A stretch of DNA of 44,068 nucleotides from Leptolyngbyaceae cyanobacterium (GTDB lineage: Bacteria; Cyanobacteriota; Cyanobacteriia; Phormidesmidales; Phormidesmidaceae): positions 1 to 44,068 of the forward strand of contig CBDHHL010000023.1 in the NCBI GenBank assembly GCA_965263355.1, read 5' to 3'. The notes under the pieces were generated by a model. The model saw only the letters and a program-made list of their open reading frames with translations, did no database searches and was not told where the DNA came from. The position numbers were made by a program, and so were the translations under genes. Shown piece by piece: positions 17,654-27,614 of the stretch (its first letter is position 1; every line of letters starts with the position of its first letter).

Positions 17654-19903
17654 ATGAGTGGATTAGGAGCTGATTTTGGATGGAAATCAATACGCAAGTT
17701 TATTCCCGAGCTGCCCGAGCAGCACTATCTAGAAGCCCATCACGTTAGTCATTTAGCAGAAAGCGGTATAAGTCCCAGTGCTGCCCTAGTAGCTGGCATA
17801 TTTAGCGCTGATGCTGCCTTAGCTAGAACGCTCACAGGCCACGGTAGAGCCGGTCTGATATTCACTTATTTCACGATTGACGGCAAAGATGTATATCGAT
17901 GGGGGGATGATAGCAGGCCATTTTTTAGACTCAGGCCAGACAACCCGCCAAGCCCAAAATGCACATATCTGTCCCCAAAAGGGGCGCCCCCACGGATTTA
18001 TTTTCCGAGAGTGGCTAACAAAGTCGATTTTACTAAGCTTTCAGGCCTTAATCTAGCCTTAACAGAAGGCGAGAAAAAAAGCCTACTGGCAACACTCTGT
18101 AATATTCCATGCATAGGGATTGGAGGGGTTTACAGTTACAAGACTGGCGATAGAGACGAATGGGGCAACCGTGCTTTAGGATGCCTGGTTGATGAGATTG
18201 ATCTTAGATCCGCGCAAAACTTAACCATAGTTTTTGATAGCGACATCACCCACAAACATCAGGTTGCTAGGGCCATCAAAGCATTGGCTGGAAATTTAAT
18301 AGAGGCTTATCATCAGCTCGAAATAGACGAGACATGTTCTAATGAGCGAGCGCCTACCCGAACACTAGCATTAGCTAAAAAGCTAAAATATGCACTGCTT
18401 CCAACACGGTTGAAGCTTAGTAATGAAAAAAAGACCAAAAAACTAGGCTTAGATGACGCAATTATGCTATTGGGCGAATCGCCAGTAAAGGAATTGTTAA
18501 GACATGCATTGCCATTAGTAAAATGCAAGTGGGAAGACAAATCATTAGATACTGAGTGCCTGTTTGCGGCTGAACCATTGGGAGACGATGCCCACAAAGA
18601 TACTCCTATTAATAAACAGCATCATGTTAGGGGGTTAATCAGTTGGCTATCCTTGCATGGGATTTATGCCAATATCCCTGATTATTCAAAACGTCAATAT
18701 TATCCAGAAGGTGTCTGGAAAGACGTAGGCGAGGAAGCCTGGAAATTACTTTCCGAACAAATAGCTGATGCCCAGCACTGGCTAAATAGGAAGCGTGCGA
18801 TCGCGGCGCAAGAACTTAGATTTGTAGAGAACAAGACCCGATTAAGTAAAGACCAATTTGACCAACCGCATCTACTAGGATTTATTAATGGAGTGCTGGA
18901 GCTTAATAAAAAAGAGCTTATTCCACATTCTCCTCAAAATTATATTACTCAGACATTAGGATTTTCATATGACCCTGAAGCCCAATGTATCCAATGGCTA
19001 ACCTGGCTAAATTGGATATTCGAAGATGATGAAAAGTGGCCAGAGATTATTCAAGCCCTTATTCGTTGGACGATCACGCCTAAAGAAAAAGGTCCCTATC
19101 CCATTCATATATGGCCTGTTCTAATTGGCCCAGCTGGCATCGGTAAAGGGACATTTTTAAGTGTGTTAACGCAGCTAGTAGGCGAAGGCAGTTATGCCGC
19201 CTGGAATTATCACAACGTGAATGACGCTCGCGGCATGAACAGTATGTCCGGCAAACGAGCTTGTTTTGCAATGGACCTTAAAGGCGAATTGGGCAGTCAG
19301 GCAGTTGGAAATATCAACTCAATCTGTGTCAACGAGCCTCTAGACGTAGAAGCTAAATATAAAGACAAACGAACCGAAGAGTTCAAAACTGTCTTATGGG
19401 CAGCCATGAACCAGCCGATCAAGTCCAGGGCAGCTGACCAAGAAGGACTTAGTAGGCGAGTACTATATATCCCATTTAGCCGCAAACCCGCCGAGATCGA
19501 TACTGAGCTGGCCAACAAATTAAAAACTGAGCTACCAGGAATATTTAATTGGGCTTGGGCTATCTCCCTAGATGAAGCAGTGGAAACACTAAAAACCCAC
19601 CTCAAGTCTGAGGAGAACATAGCATTACAGCAACGTCACTTGGCAGAGTCAAATACTGTCTACGAATGGATGGAACATCTAGAACTATCCGTTGCTCAAA
19701 CTCAGATAATTAGTGTCTGGTACAATCGTTATAAAGAATGGGTACTTAACACAGGCTGCAAACCATTAAAAATGAGAAATTGGAAAAAATACATCCTTGC
19801 CGCCGGGGCCGAAACTCAGAGGAAGACAGGAGAAGGCATCCCGCTAACACTACCTCCCCTAAAAGACGTTGACATTAGAAAAATGCTAGGACTATTCAAC
19901 TGA
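17654..19903 (+). CDS. phage/plasmid primase-helicase (DUF3854 Toprim + D5_N + SF3 helicase + C-terminal winged helix)
   Basis: LTEGEKK, IGIGGV, IVFDSD, GLDD; GFINGVLEL..PHSPQNYIT..YDPEA; GPAGIGKGT; ELPGIFNWA. Confidence 0.9.
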   Translation: MSGLGADFGWKSIRKFIPELPEQHYLEAHHVSHLAESGISPSAALVAGIFSADAALARTLTGHGRAGLIFTYFTIDGKDVYRWGDDSRPFFRLRPDNPPSPKCTYLSPKGAPPRIYFPRVANKVDFTKLSGLNLALTEGEKKSLLATLCNIPCIGIGGVYSYKTGDRDEWGNRALGCLVDEIDLRSAQNLTIVFDSDITHKHQVARAIKALAGNLIEAYHQLEIDETCSNERAPTRTLALAKKLKYALLPTRLKLSNEKKTKKLGLDDAIMLLGESPVKELLRHALPLVKCKWEDKSLDTECLFAAEPLGDDAHKDTPINKQHHVRGLISWLSLHGIYANIPDYSKRQYYPEGVWKDVGEEAWKLLSEQIADAQHWLNRKRAIAAQELRFVENKTRLSKDQFDQPHLLGFINGVLELNKKELIPHSPQNYITQTLGFSYDPEAQCIQWLTWLNWIFEDDEKWPEIIQALIRWTITPKEKGPYPIHIWPVLIGPAGIGKGTFLSVLTQLVGEGSYAAWNYHNVNDARGMNSMSGKRACFAMDLKGELGSQAVGNINSICVNEPLDVEAKYKDKRTEEFKTVLWAAMNQPIKSRAADQEGLSRRVLYIPFSRKPAEIDTELANKLKTELPGIFNWAWAISLDEAVETLKTHLKSEENIALQQRHLAESNTVYEWMEHLELSVAQTQIISVWYNRYKEWVLNTGCKPLKMRNWKKYILAAGAETQRKTGEGIPLTLPPLKDVDIRKMLGLFN

Positions 19904-19932
19904 ACTACAAACATCGAAACAGACAACTACAC

Positions 19933-19967
19933 GAGCGCTTCAGGCCACCAAACCTGAGGCGCTTTTA
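19933..19967 (+). terminator. intrinsic terminator
   Basis: AGCGCTTCAGG...CCTGAGGCGCT followed by T run. Confidence 0.75.
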
Positions 19968-19969
19968 CT

Positions 19970-20780
19970 TTGGCCAGTATCGACCGCTACAACCAGTCCT
20001 AGAGCCAGCAAAACAAAACTGCCGCCGCTTCCCCCCTCACCCTTTCCTAGAACGAGGGGACCTAAGAAAAGCTTAGCGATGTATCAAATGACACCAAGTA
20101 GGCTGTCTTCATAAAACTCTGGTTGAGTGTGCCAGTTGATAGTGATTTGTAGGATTAGTGGTAGTTAAGCCCAAAAAGTGATCAGTTTTTTCACAAAAAT
20201 CATTAGTAAATCCCTAGGAATTTCACTAAAACTTGAATTTTGAAATCCTTTTATATCAATGGTTTCAGCGATTTTTTTATCGAAATGGCCATTTTTTGGC
20301 TCAAACTTTCTGTTTTCTATGGGAGTGCTCCTTATCTATGCCCTATTAGCCTCTATCTATTTCTAAAACAGAAAGTTTGAAATTGAAATATATAAAATAT
20401 TAGAGTATAGAAAACGCTGCAATGTATATATAGCAAGGGATGCAGCCGACAAAAAGCACTTGAAATAACTATGAAATAACTACTGAAAAGCAGTGAATTA
20501 GTAGGTGAAACCCAGTGATTTTTTGAATGCTTTTTTGCAGAATCCAGGGGGTTAATGTCTGTTAAATAGAATCTAAGTTTTACCCAAAAACTATAGTACT
20601 GATGCACTAAAGCTAAAAAGCGCTGAAACCCGCATTCTGTCGTTAAATTTGCTTTTTAGTGTGCCAGTTGTTCTAATTTTTGCTTTTGAAGGACCTCTTA
20701 CTGGCCTGTCAGTGGCGTTTATTTTTTGTCAAGTGTCTTTACAGGTGTGGTTGTGGTTGCTATTATTGTGGTTGTAGAGA
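19970..20780. other. probable replication origin
   Basis: ~800-bp non-coding AT-rich region after primase; direct repeat AGTGTGCCAGTTG (20126, 20658); inverted GGTTTCAGCG/CGCTGAAACC (20261, 20621); switch from A/C-rich to G/T-rich. Confidence 0.55.
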
Positions 20781-20786
20781 TTTTGG

Positions 20787-22598
20787 ATGATTTGTATGGT
20801 TAGCGAGTTGGTCGTTAGTCCTGTGAGAGCGACTAGTTCGCTTTCTTCTTTGCGTGTTGCTGATGAGAAAAAGGTTGGGACTGCCTTTGAACGTTACTTT
20901 TCCGATCTAAAGCCTCAACAAGCTGTGATGGTTAGAGAAGTGCTTGAGTTTATTATTGACGGTCATCAATATATGGGCCGTATTGATGGTCGAGCAGGAG
21001 CAGGCAAGAGCTATTGTGTGGGCCGCATCGTCCAAGCTTTGATCGATATGGGCGTTGTGCAAAACATAGTTGTTTGTGCTCCTACTCATCAGGCAGTAGC
21101 AGTGGCAGGGGGTTATCTAGGGGGTTTGAAAATACCGAAAGGCACGCTTCACCGGATGATGGGGCTTCGAGCGAAGCGGGTTAAATTTTTGCCTGCAGAC
21201 CAACGTAAGCTCGATCTTTTAGCTTCTCAAGCTGATGACCTTAGTGAAGAAGAGGAAAAGAAGCTTAGAGACTTGCGTAGTAAACAGATAGCTGCAAGCC
21301 AGCGAATGAAGCGGTTTGAACCCAGCGGCAAGATTCCAACTGAAATAGTTAACGCCGAGTTACTTATTGTGAGTGAATGCGGCATGGTTAGCCAACAGCT
21401 ATGGGATTTGTTAGGCCGATTGCGTGACTTGCCAGGGATGCAAAAAAGAGATCCTAAGATTGGCCCCTTACAAATCTTATTTGAGGGTGACTTGGCGCAG
21501 TTAGCCCCAGTTGGTGAAATAGAAAGCTTGACGGGCAAGGTTAAATCATTCTCCCCGCTTACAGAGCCTGTCAGATACGACGGGAAAATCCTTGAATATG
21601 CTCATATGGTCTTAAATTCTGACGACTATATGATGGCTCATTATCGCATCTCAGAAGATGATACGTTTTTGCGGATGTCTGAGCCAGAAGTATTGGATTC
21701 TGTTGGGGATTTGCTTAAAGATGGTACTGATATTAGGTTTCTGGCATCCAGCAATAAACGAGTTGATGAGCTAAATGCCAAGGTTCGATTTGCATTGAGT
21801 GGTGAGGAGGGCTTGAAACGGTTCTACCCAGGGGATCGAATGCTAACCCGTACAGCAATTGAGCGTGGGAATTCTCCCCATTATTTAATTGCTAGTGGTG
21901 GCATGAACTCGGTCATTCAGATAGGCACTAGTACATTGCTCAACTTGAAAGAACAGATTAAGCCTGATGATTGGGCTTGCTTAGGGTGGAAGTTTGGCGA
22001 GCCTTTATCTTTTGAAAAAGCTATTAAAGGAACTGATGAAGAGGTACTTGTGGCTGAAAGCTTGTTCCAACACACGTCAGTCCTAGGCACAACATACCAT
22101 CGGCAATTGTTTACGTATTCTTTGGCTGGTGAAAGTGACGCAGCTGCAGGCGTTGTAATGCTGCTAGATCCTATCCAAAAGTCTCAATACGATGAAGAGG
22201 TTGCCTTGCTTTATAAACTGGCTCAATCATCGCATTCAAGTAGCAATAAAACCACTAGAGGCAGTAACGGCAAGTACTCACAGCAAGTATTTGACCGTCT
22301 AAGGATGAAAAATTGGTTCAAATGGGCTGATGGGTCTAACATTTCGGAGTTTCAGTTCAAAGAGATCCGAAAGCAACTATGGAAAGATTATTTTGCCCTT
22401 CATGATTTTGTAGACGACATCACCCTGGCTTTCGCTAGTACGGTTCATAAAATCCAGGGCGGATCAGCTGAGTGCATTGTGATTGACGGTAAGACGATAC
22501 TGCAAAACCGTCGTTATAAAGATGACACTTGGGATTCTAAAAAAGTTTTGTATACAGCGGCTACCAGGGCAAGAGAGCAACTAGTTTTCATGCTGTAG
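20787..22598 (+). CDS. SF1B Dda/RecD-like helicase
   Basis: GRAGAGKS, APTHQA, TLHR, GDLAQLAPV, STVHKIQG, LYTAATRAR; Walker B reads SECGMV. Confidence 0.85.
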   Translation: MICMVSELVVSPVRATSSLSSLRVADEKKVGTAFERYFSDLKPQQAVMVREVLEFIIDGHQYMGRIDGRAGAGKSYCVGRIVQALIDMGVVQNIVVCAPTHQAVAVAGGYLGGLKIPKGTLHRMMGLRAKRVKFLPADQRKLDLLASQADDLSEEEEKKLRDLRSKQIAASQRMKRFEPSGKIPTEIVNAELLIVSECGMVSQQLWDLLGRLRDLPGMQKRDPKIGPLQILFEGDLAQLAPVGEIESLTGKVKSFSPLTEPVRYDGKILEYAHMVLNSDDYMMAHYRISEDDTFLRMSEPEVLDSVGDLLKDGTDIRFLASSNKRVDELNAKVRFALSGEEGLKRFYPGDRMLTRTAIERGNSPHYLIASGGMNSVIQIGTSTLLNLKEQIKPDDWACLGWKFGEPLSFEKAIKGTDEEVLVAESLFQHTSVLGTTYHRQLFTYSLAGESDAAAGVVMLLDPIQKSQYDEEVALLYKLAQSSHSSSNKTTRGSNGKYSQQVFDRLRMKNWFKWADGSNISEFQFKEIRKQLWKDYFALHDFVDDITLAFASTVHKIQGGSAECIVIDGKTILQNRRYKDDTWDSKKVLYTAATRAREQLVFML

Positions 22599-22654
22599 CA
22601 AAAATCACGGTGCATCAGTTTAGTTCAAGTAATTTAGTTAGCGAGTTTTAACCC

Positions 22655-23083
22655 ATGGCATTCCAAAAACCAAAAGCAATTCAAATTTGGAAAGAAGGTG
22701 AGTCAAGCCTTAATTTTTATGCAACATTCGAAGATTTTTTGAGCATTTTACCTAAAGAGCTGGTGGACGCTTACAAGCTGAATGATATTGATAAAGCATT
22801 ATCTTATTTTGTTATTGGGGCAAGTGATGACCACGATCACATTGTTTTGAATGATGCTTTTGAATGGGCGTTAAAACGCTTGACACCTAACTCAAAGCCT
22901 TGGAATCAGCTTGTTTGGCACCTTCGCAGTAATGGGGCCTATGTGTCGATTGACGGGCAGATTGTTTGTGATCAATATGCGCAATTGAAGTTTGACATCA
23001 AGTATCAGCTAGATATTCATGAAGTAACTGGCATGCAAGCCGTTCAAGTGCTTGCTCAATTAATTCAAGAACTCAGTATTTAA
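22655..23083 (+). CDS. hypothetical protein
   Basis: 142-aa ORF in replication operon. Confidence 0.65.
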   Translation: MAFQKPKAIQIWKEGESSLNFYATFEDFLSILPKELVDAYKLNDIDKALSYFVIGASDDHDHIVLNDAFEWALKRLTPNSKPWNQLVWHLRSNGAYVSIDGQIVCDQYAQLKFDIKYQLDIHEVTGMQAVQVLAQLIQELSI

Positions 23084-23122
23084 CTAAAGTAATTCAAATC
23101 AAACAAGAAAAGGCTAAAAGTT

Positions 23123-23935
23123 ATGACCATAAACACTTCCAACGACAATAACGATTCCAATATCGTTCGCAGCTTTAACCAGGTTGATATCTGGCAAAAG
23201 CGAGAAGATGGGTATATCAATCTCAATCAGATGTCTCAAGCCACAGATAAACGGATAGACAACTGGCTTCGCTTACAGTCAACTAAAGAACTCATTGATG
23301 CCTTTGATACTGAAAATGCTTCCTCAGATTCAAGGGAGCAATCCCCAGCCTTGATAACCATCACTAGTGGTATTAAGGGACAGCGTGGAGGTGGTGGGAC
23401 ATGGGCACACCCTGATATTGCTATTCAATTTGCAATGTGGTGCAGCCCAGCATTTGCCCTGCAAGTTAGCAAGTGGGTTCGTACTTATATGACTGAAGGC
23501 CGATTGGAGGCTGAAGAGTCAATTCCAGCTCATGAACTTAAGTTCATTAAGATGGTTGAGCAAATCGAAGATGTTTTTCCAAAGGACTGCGCCCAATCCC
23601 GAGACCTTAAGCACCGAGCTGCACTAATTTGTTATCCAGAGTATGCATGCGCTCAATTGATTGCAGAAGATAATCGTAAAAAGTACATTATCAAACGAAA
23701 GCGTGAATTACAGGCGCGCAGTGTTGAGAACTGGCTGGCAAGCCTAGCTTTGATTAGAAGCCAACAAAAAACAATTTCTAAATGGTATCAAAGCTATAGA
23801 GAATGGTGCTTGCAAGAATTCGACATGGTTCCATTGGCCATGTACAAGTGGAAAACTTATTTGATTGATAATGAATTCGCTCAAGTCCTGAAAAAAACAG
23901 GTGCAGGTATCCCACTAGAAATCTTTCCTGTATAA
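23123..23935 (+). CDS. KilA-N domain protein fused to primase-like C-terminal domain
   Basis: DGYINLNQM...NWLRLQSTKELI...GTWAHPDIAIQFAMWCSPAFALQV; last ~70 aa align with primase C-terminus. Confidence 0.85.
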   Translation: MTINTSNDNNDSNIVRSFNQVDIWQKREDGYINLNQMSQATDKRIDNWLRLQSTKELIDAFDTENASSDSREQSPALITITSGIKGQRGGGGTWAHPDIAIQFAMWCSPAFALQVSKWVRTYMTEGRLEAEESIPAHELKFIKMVEQIEDVFPKDCAQSRDLKHRAALICYPEYACAQLIAEDNRKKYIIKRKRELQARSVENWLASLALIRSQQKTISKWYQSYREWCLQEFDMVPLAMYKWKTYLIDNEFAQVLKKTGAGIPLEIFPV

Positions 23936-23937
23936 CC

Positions 23938-24297
23938 ATGCCTCACCAATTAGAACTACCCTTAACCCGTCGTTCTAAAACCAAATGCACTGCCTCATCG
24001 GATGCCATCATCCCAGGCTTAGACGCTAGCCTATGTCGCTGTGATTATTGTCTAACTCGTTCTGATGGCATTTGGTGGGTAGATGTCGACCAACGGCTTG
24101 ACTGCCTCAATAAGAAAAAGCATAAAATCCCTTACTTAATTGAGGTATATCGTCGTCAAACCGTTGGTGTGGGCCACGACGACGATACAAAAGAAACAGA
24201 AGCTCAAAATGCGAAACGTAAGCACGCACAATGGGCCGGTCAAAAGTTCAAACAAACTAATAAATCATGTCAGCAACAACAATTACTAGACCAGTAA
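23938..24297 (+). CDS. hypothetical Cys-containing protein
   Basis: CRCDYC; in operon. Confidence 0.55.
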   Translation: MPHQLELPLTRRSKTKCTASSDAIIPGLDASLCRCDYCLTRSDGIWWVDVDQRLDCLNKKKHKIPYLIEVYRRQTVGVGHDDDTKETEAQNAKRKHAQWAGQKFKQTNKSCQQQQLLDQ

Positions 24298-25805
24298 CAG
24301 AACCAAAGTTCAGCTCTTATCCTTATCCTAAGGAGGGGGCCACAGGTGCCGAGTGGCGAGCTTGGCTAGAAGGAATGGTTGGGGATCTTTGGCATGACAT
24401 CGCAGTTGAATTAACCCCCCTATTAAATAATGTGCAAGTTGAGCGATTCCCAGTTGAATTTATCCCAACATTTGCCGAGGTGGGCGGCAGTGGTTGGTCT
24501 CGTCTTGATGAGGGCAGCTGGCAATGCATTTCCCCTGATGACCTGCCTGCAACCATGGTTCTCGATGTTGAATCCATTGAATTGCAAGCATTCACGGCAA
24601 ACGCTGATATAGACGCATGGTTGCCCTGCCTATGCATTTGCTATGGGGCCGACGGTTACTGGTACGCATGGCAAGAGCAAAACCCAATGTATTGCTGGAC
24701 GGAAACTAAGCGGCGTACTATTCCGTTCCCAACTGGTTGCATCATAATCACTCAGAACGGCGCTGCCCATGATTCGCAATTTCTTAGTAGTTCTTATGCC
24801 GAGTATGGACCAGAGCGTTGTCTATTTATAGATGTGATGGCCCTGGCAATGCTTGTCAGAGGTGTGCATAAAGAACAGCGATCGCAGTATGAGAAGTACA
24901 AGGTTGCGATCGCTAATGGTAAGCCTGCTCCCGATTGGGTAACTCAGGCATCCGACATGGATCTGGCCAGCTTAGCTAGTGACGTACTGGGAATTGAGAT
25001 TCTGAAAACAGTTGGAGGGGAAGGGCCACAGACGCTGTTTGAATATTGTGCTCAAGATGTCTGGATAACCCTTCGATTGTTTCAAGAACTATGGCCACTG
25101 GTTGCGAATATCTATTGCCCCAGTCCAGTAATTTTGTATGGCATGGCGGCAACGACTGGGCTTAGATATCCGGTTGGTGATTGGCAAGAACTTGTTTCGT
25201 ATATAGAAACTGAATACGAAAAAGCCAAAAAAATTAAGCCTAGCAAACGAGATTCTAATGATATTGCTCTAGTCAATTGGGGCAAATCACATTTGCGTAC
25301 ATTTCGCGATGGATACAGCGTTAACGGCATGACCAATATGGGCTTTAACCCTGCTCACGATGTATCAGGGATGCCCAAAAGCACCATCTGGAGTCATCAC
25401 TGGATGATTCGGCAATTTTTAATTACTGGAGTTAGTGATCAGCCGACCACTAGTTACATGCTGTTTGAAGCTAGGGTTCCGATGCCGATTATCCCAGGGA
25501 ATGCATTAGCTAAGACATTAGCCAGCCAGCCGAACATTAAAACGCATTTTGCTAAGCCCCCTGAGCCAGTGAAAGCCAACAAAAAAGCTAAGGCTGATTG
25601 GCTGCAATTAAGACCATTAACCGATGCTATGCATGTCATGATCTGCCTGATTGACTGTTTTTGTGAAGAGTACGAAATTGACGGGTTTCTTGCAATCCCA
25701 GGGCTAGAAACATTGTGGTACGCCGTCGACTCTGCTCAGGAAAAAGAATTTCAAGAATGCATCGCTAAAGCTCAAAGTTTAGTTTACAAATTGATGGCTG
25801 ATTGA
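24267..25805 (+). CDS. DNA polymerase gamma-like 3'-5' exonuclease with degenerate polymerase remnant
   Basis: GWSRL, VLDVE (ExoI), QNGAAHD (ExoII), FIDVMAL, YCAQDVW (ExoIII), CPSPVILYGM; C-term resembles Pol-gamma motif C region but reads GLETLWY. Confidence 0.8.
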   Translation: MSATTITRPVTEPKFSSYPYPKEGATGAEWRAWLEGMVGDLWHDIAVELTPLLNNVQVERFPVEFIPTFAEVGGSGWSRLDEGSWQCISPDDLPATMVLDVESIELQAFTANADIDAWLPCLCICYGADGYWYAWQEQNPMYCWTETKRRTIPFPTGCIIITQNGAAHDSQFLSSSYAEYGPERCLFIDVMALAMLVRGVHKEQRSQYEKYKVAIANGKPAPDWVTQASDMDLASLASDVLGIEILKTVGGEGPQTLFEYCAQDVWITLRLFQELWPLVANIYCPSPVILYGMAATTGLRYPVGDWQELVSYIETEYEKAKKIKPSKRDSNDIALVNWGKSHLRTFRDGYSVNGMTNMGFNPAHDVSGMPKSTIWSHHWMIRQFLITGVSDQPTTSYMLFEARVPMPIIPGNALAKTLASQPNIKTHFAKPPEPVKANKKAKADWLQLRPLTDAMHVMICLIDCFCEEYEIDGFLAIPGLETLWYAVDSAQEKEFQECIAKAQSLVYKLMAD

Positions 25806-25881
25806 GCGAAAAATCTAAATAACCCTTTCACAGCATGGGTTTGACAGATCTTGGGAAAAAATTTGATGTTTATATTTTTGT

Positions 25882-26736
25882 GTGATAGTGAACAACCTAA
25901 TTATTGTTGATACGTCTGTGATCGCCTTCCAAATGTCGGCCCAGATTGACAAGGCAGGCCTAACCGAAACTAATGCTAAAGTTTACGCCTACATGGCGGC
26001 AGAATGGGTTAATTCACTAGGCTGGATTCCCGCGTTGCAATCAACTGGTAAATGCGTTTGGGCAATTGACTCTAAGCCCTACTGGCGTAATCAGCTATTC
26101 CCCGATTACAAAGCAGGCCGCAAACCTAAACCCGCATCATTCCATACTGCGATGGAGGGCATATTAAGCAGCAGTGCTTCTTTGATTGATATAAAATCAC
26201 AAGAAGCCGACGACGTAGCCGCTGCTATTGTTCGGCTATGGCTAGATAGCAGCTCAGGATTGATCGATCAAATCTATTTGGCTACCGTTGATAGTGACTG
26301 GCATGGGTTAGTCCAAAACCCTGATATTTTTTGGTTAAATACTCGCAACCACCCTCCACGCGTTCGAAGTCGAGAAGAGATATTTAATTGGCTTTGCAGC
26401 AAATGGAACCAGCAATCTAAGAAACGTCAGAAATGGTGGGCATTGCCTAGCTATCAATCATTTAGATGTGATGATGTTTGGCGATGGAAAATAGCAGTCG
26501 GCGATAAAGCCGATAACTTAAGCGATGGTTCAGCAAAATACTTAATTGATTTACTGCGACCTCCCAAACAATTTGATATCCTAGAATCAAAGGAATCTGT
26601 AAATACTATTTACAGAGGAGTAAATTTAGCAAGTAAGCCTGATTTGAGCCTTGCTCATGAATGTAAGCAGGGTATGTTGTCACTAGGGGCACTTCCCCCC
26701 ATCGAAATAATTAGCCTGAAAGTTTTAGTTTCATAG
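25882..26736 (+). CDS. 5'-3' exonuclease / flap endonuclease (T5/T7 gp6/PolI N-terminal type)
   Basis: IIVDTS, DSKPYWRNQLFPDYKAGRK, EADDVAA, DSDW, GDKADNL. Confidence 0.9.
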   Translation: MIVNNLIIVDTSVIAFQMSAQIDKAGLTETNAKVYAYMAAEWVNSLGWIPALQSTGKCVWAIDSKPYWRNQLFPDYKAGRKPKPASFHTAMEGILSSSASLIDIKSQEADDVAAAIVRLWLDSSSGLIDQIYLATVDSDWHGLVQNPDIFWLNTRNHPPRVRSREEIFNWLCSKWNQQSKKRQKWWALPSYQSFRCDDVWRWKIAVGDKADNLSDGSAKYLIDLLRPPKQFDILESKESVNTIYRGVNLASKPDLSLAHECKQGMLSLGALPPIEIISLKVLVS

Positions 26737-26746
26737 TTTAACGGCC

Positions 26747-27100
26747 ATGAGAGCATCAACGCAATATAAACAAAGATTATCAGAGCTGCTATCGAAAAAG
26801 ATACTTAAAGCAGCTGGAATTGATGCAACGGTTCGAGACCTAAGCGATCGCTGCGATGGACTAGCAAGTCATCAAACAATTGCGGCTTGGCGTTCTGGCA
26901 ATTATGTTAAGCAACTAGACGACTTTTCTTTTCAGGCATTAGAAAAGATTTTGGCCCATAGAGGGCTAAAGGCTCATGAAATTAGCTACTATCTTGAGCA
27001 TGGTGTTTGGCTAGAGAAAAAACAGTCCAAAAGGCTAGGCAGCCTTTGGCAGAAGCGAGAGCAGATTAATCAATCAATTCAACAGTTTGCGGCAATTTAG
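26747..27100 (+). CDS. hypothetical, possible HTH DNA-binding protein
   Basis: TVRDLSDRCDGLASHQTIAAWRSG. Confidence 0.55.
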   Translation: MRASTQYKQRLSELLSKKILKAAGIDATVRDLSDRCDGLASHQTIAAWRSGNYVKQLDDFSFQALEKILAHRGLKAHEISYYLEHGVWLEKKQSKRLGSLWQKREQINQSIQQFAAI

Positions 27101-27102
27101 TA

Positions 27103-27131
27103 TTGACAGATTTGGAAATAACATCCATAAT
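27103..27131 (+). promoter_or_regulatory. sigma70-type promoter
   Basis: TTGACA-N17-CATAAT; similar TTGACAGATCTTGGGAAA at 25841. Confidence 0.65.
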
Positions 27132-27160
27132 TGGAATTGAACACTTTCCAAAAAAGGAAA

Positions 27161-27367
27161 ATGACACTAAAAGAAAAAGGCAGTGACTCCTGGTCTATTT
27201 TTCTGCCAGGTAAAGCTTACCAGGGCTGCATAGAGCTTAATTGGAATCCTGTTATCACAAGTAAGTATTGCCTTGACTTGGGGTACTCAAACCATCAGAC
27301 GTTGTATTACGGCAGTTTCGAACAGTTGTCTAAAAAGGCGGCTGAAATTCTTTGTGAGCGTACATGA
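27161..27367 (+). CDS. hypothetical protein
   Basis: AAGGA RBS then ATG 27161. Confidence 0.55.
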   Translation: MTLKEKGSDSWSIFLPGKAYQGCIELNWNPVITSKYCLDLGYSNHQTLYYGSFEQLSKKAAEILCERT

Positions 27368-27614
27368 TTGTCTTTCGGCGCTTGCTAACCCTGGCCGACT
27401 AGAGGTTATGCAAGTGCTGAAAAGACAAGGCGTGCTCACTAGCGGCGAGGTTGCGATCGCCTTAGGTGTGCATCATCCTACGGCTTCTAGGCATTTGAGG
27501 CAGTTAGAAGCTGCGGGTCTTGTGACTGGTGTAAGACGGTCGAGTTTCGTCGATTACACCAGGAATGAGCATGGCATTAGAGAGTTTATTAAACAACTAG
27601 CAGAGGAATTGTAA
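27354..27614 (+). CDS. ArsR/SmtB-family HTH regulator
   Basis: ALANPGRLEVM...EVAIALGVHHPTASRHLRQLEAAGLV..RRSSFVDY. Confidence 0.85.
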   Translation: MSVHDCLSALANPGRLEVMQVLKRQGVLTSGEVAIALGVHHPTASRHLRQLEAAGLVTGVRRSSFVDYTRNEHGIREFIKQLAEEL

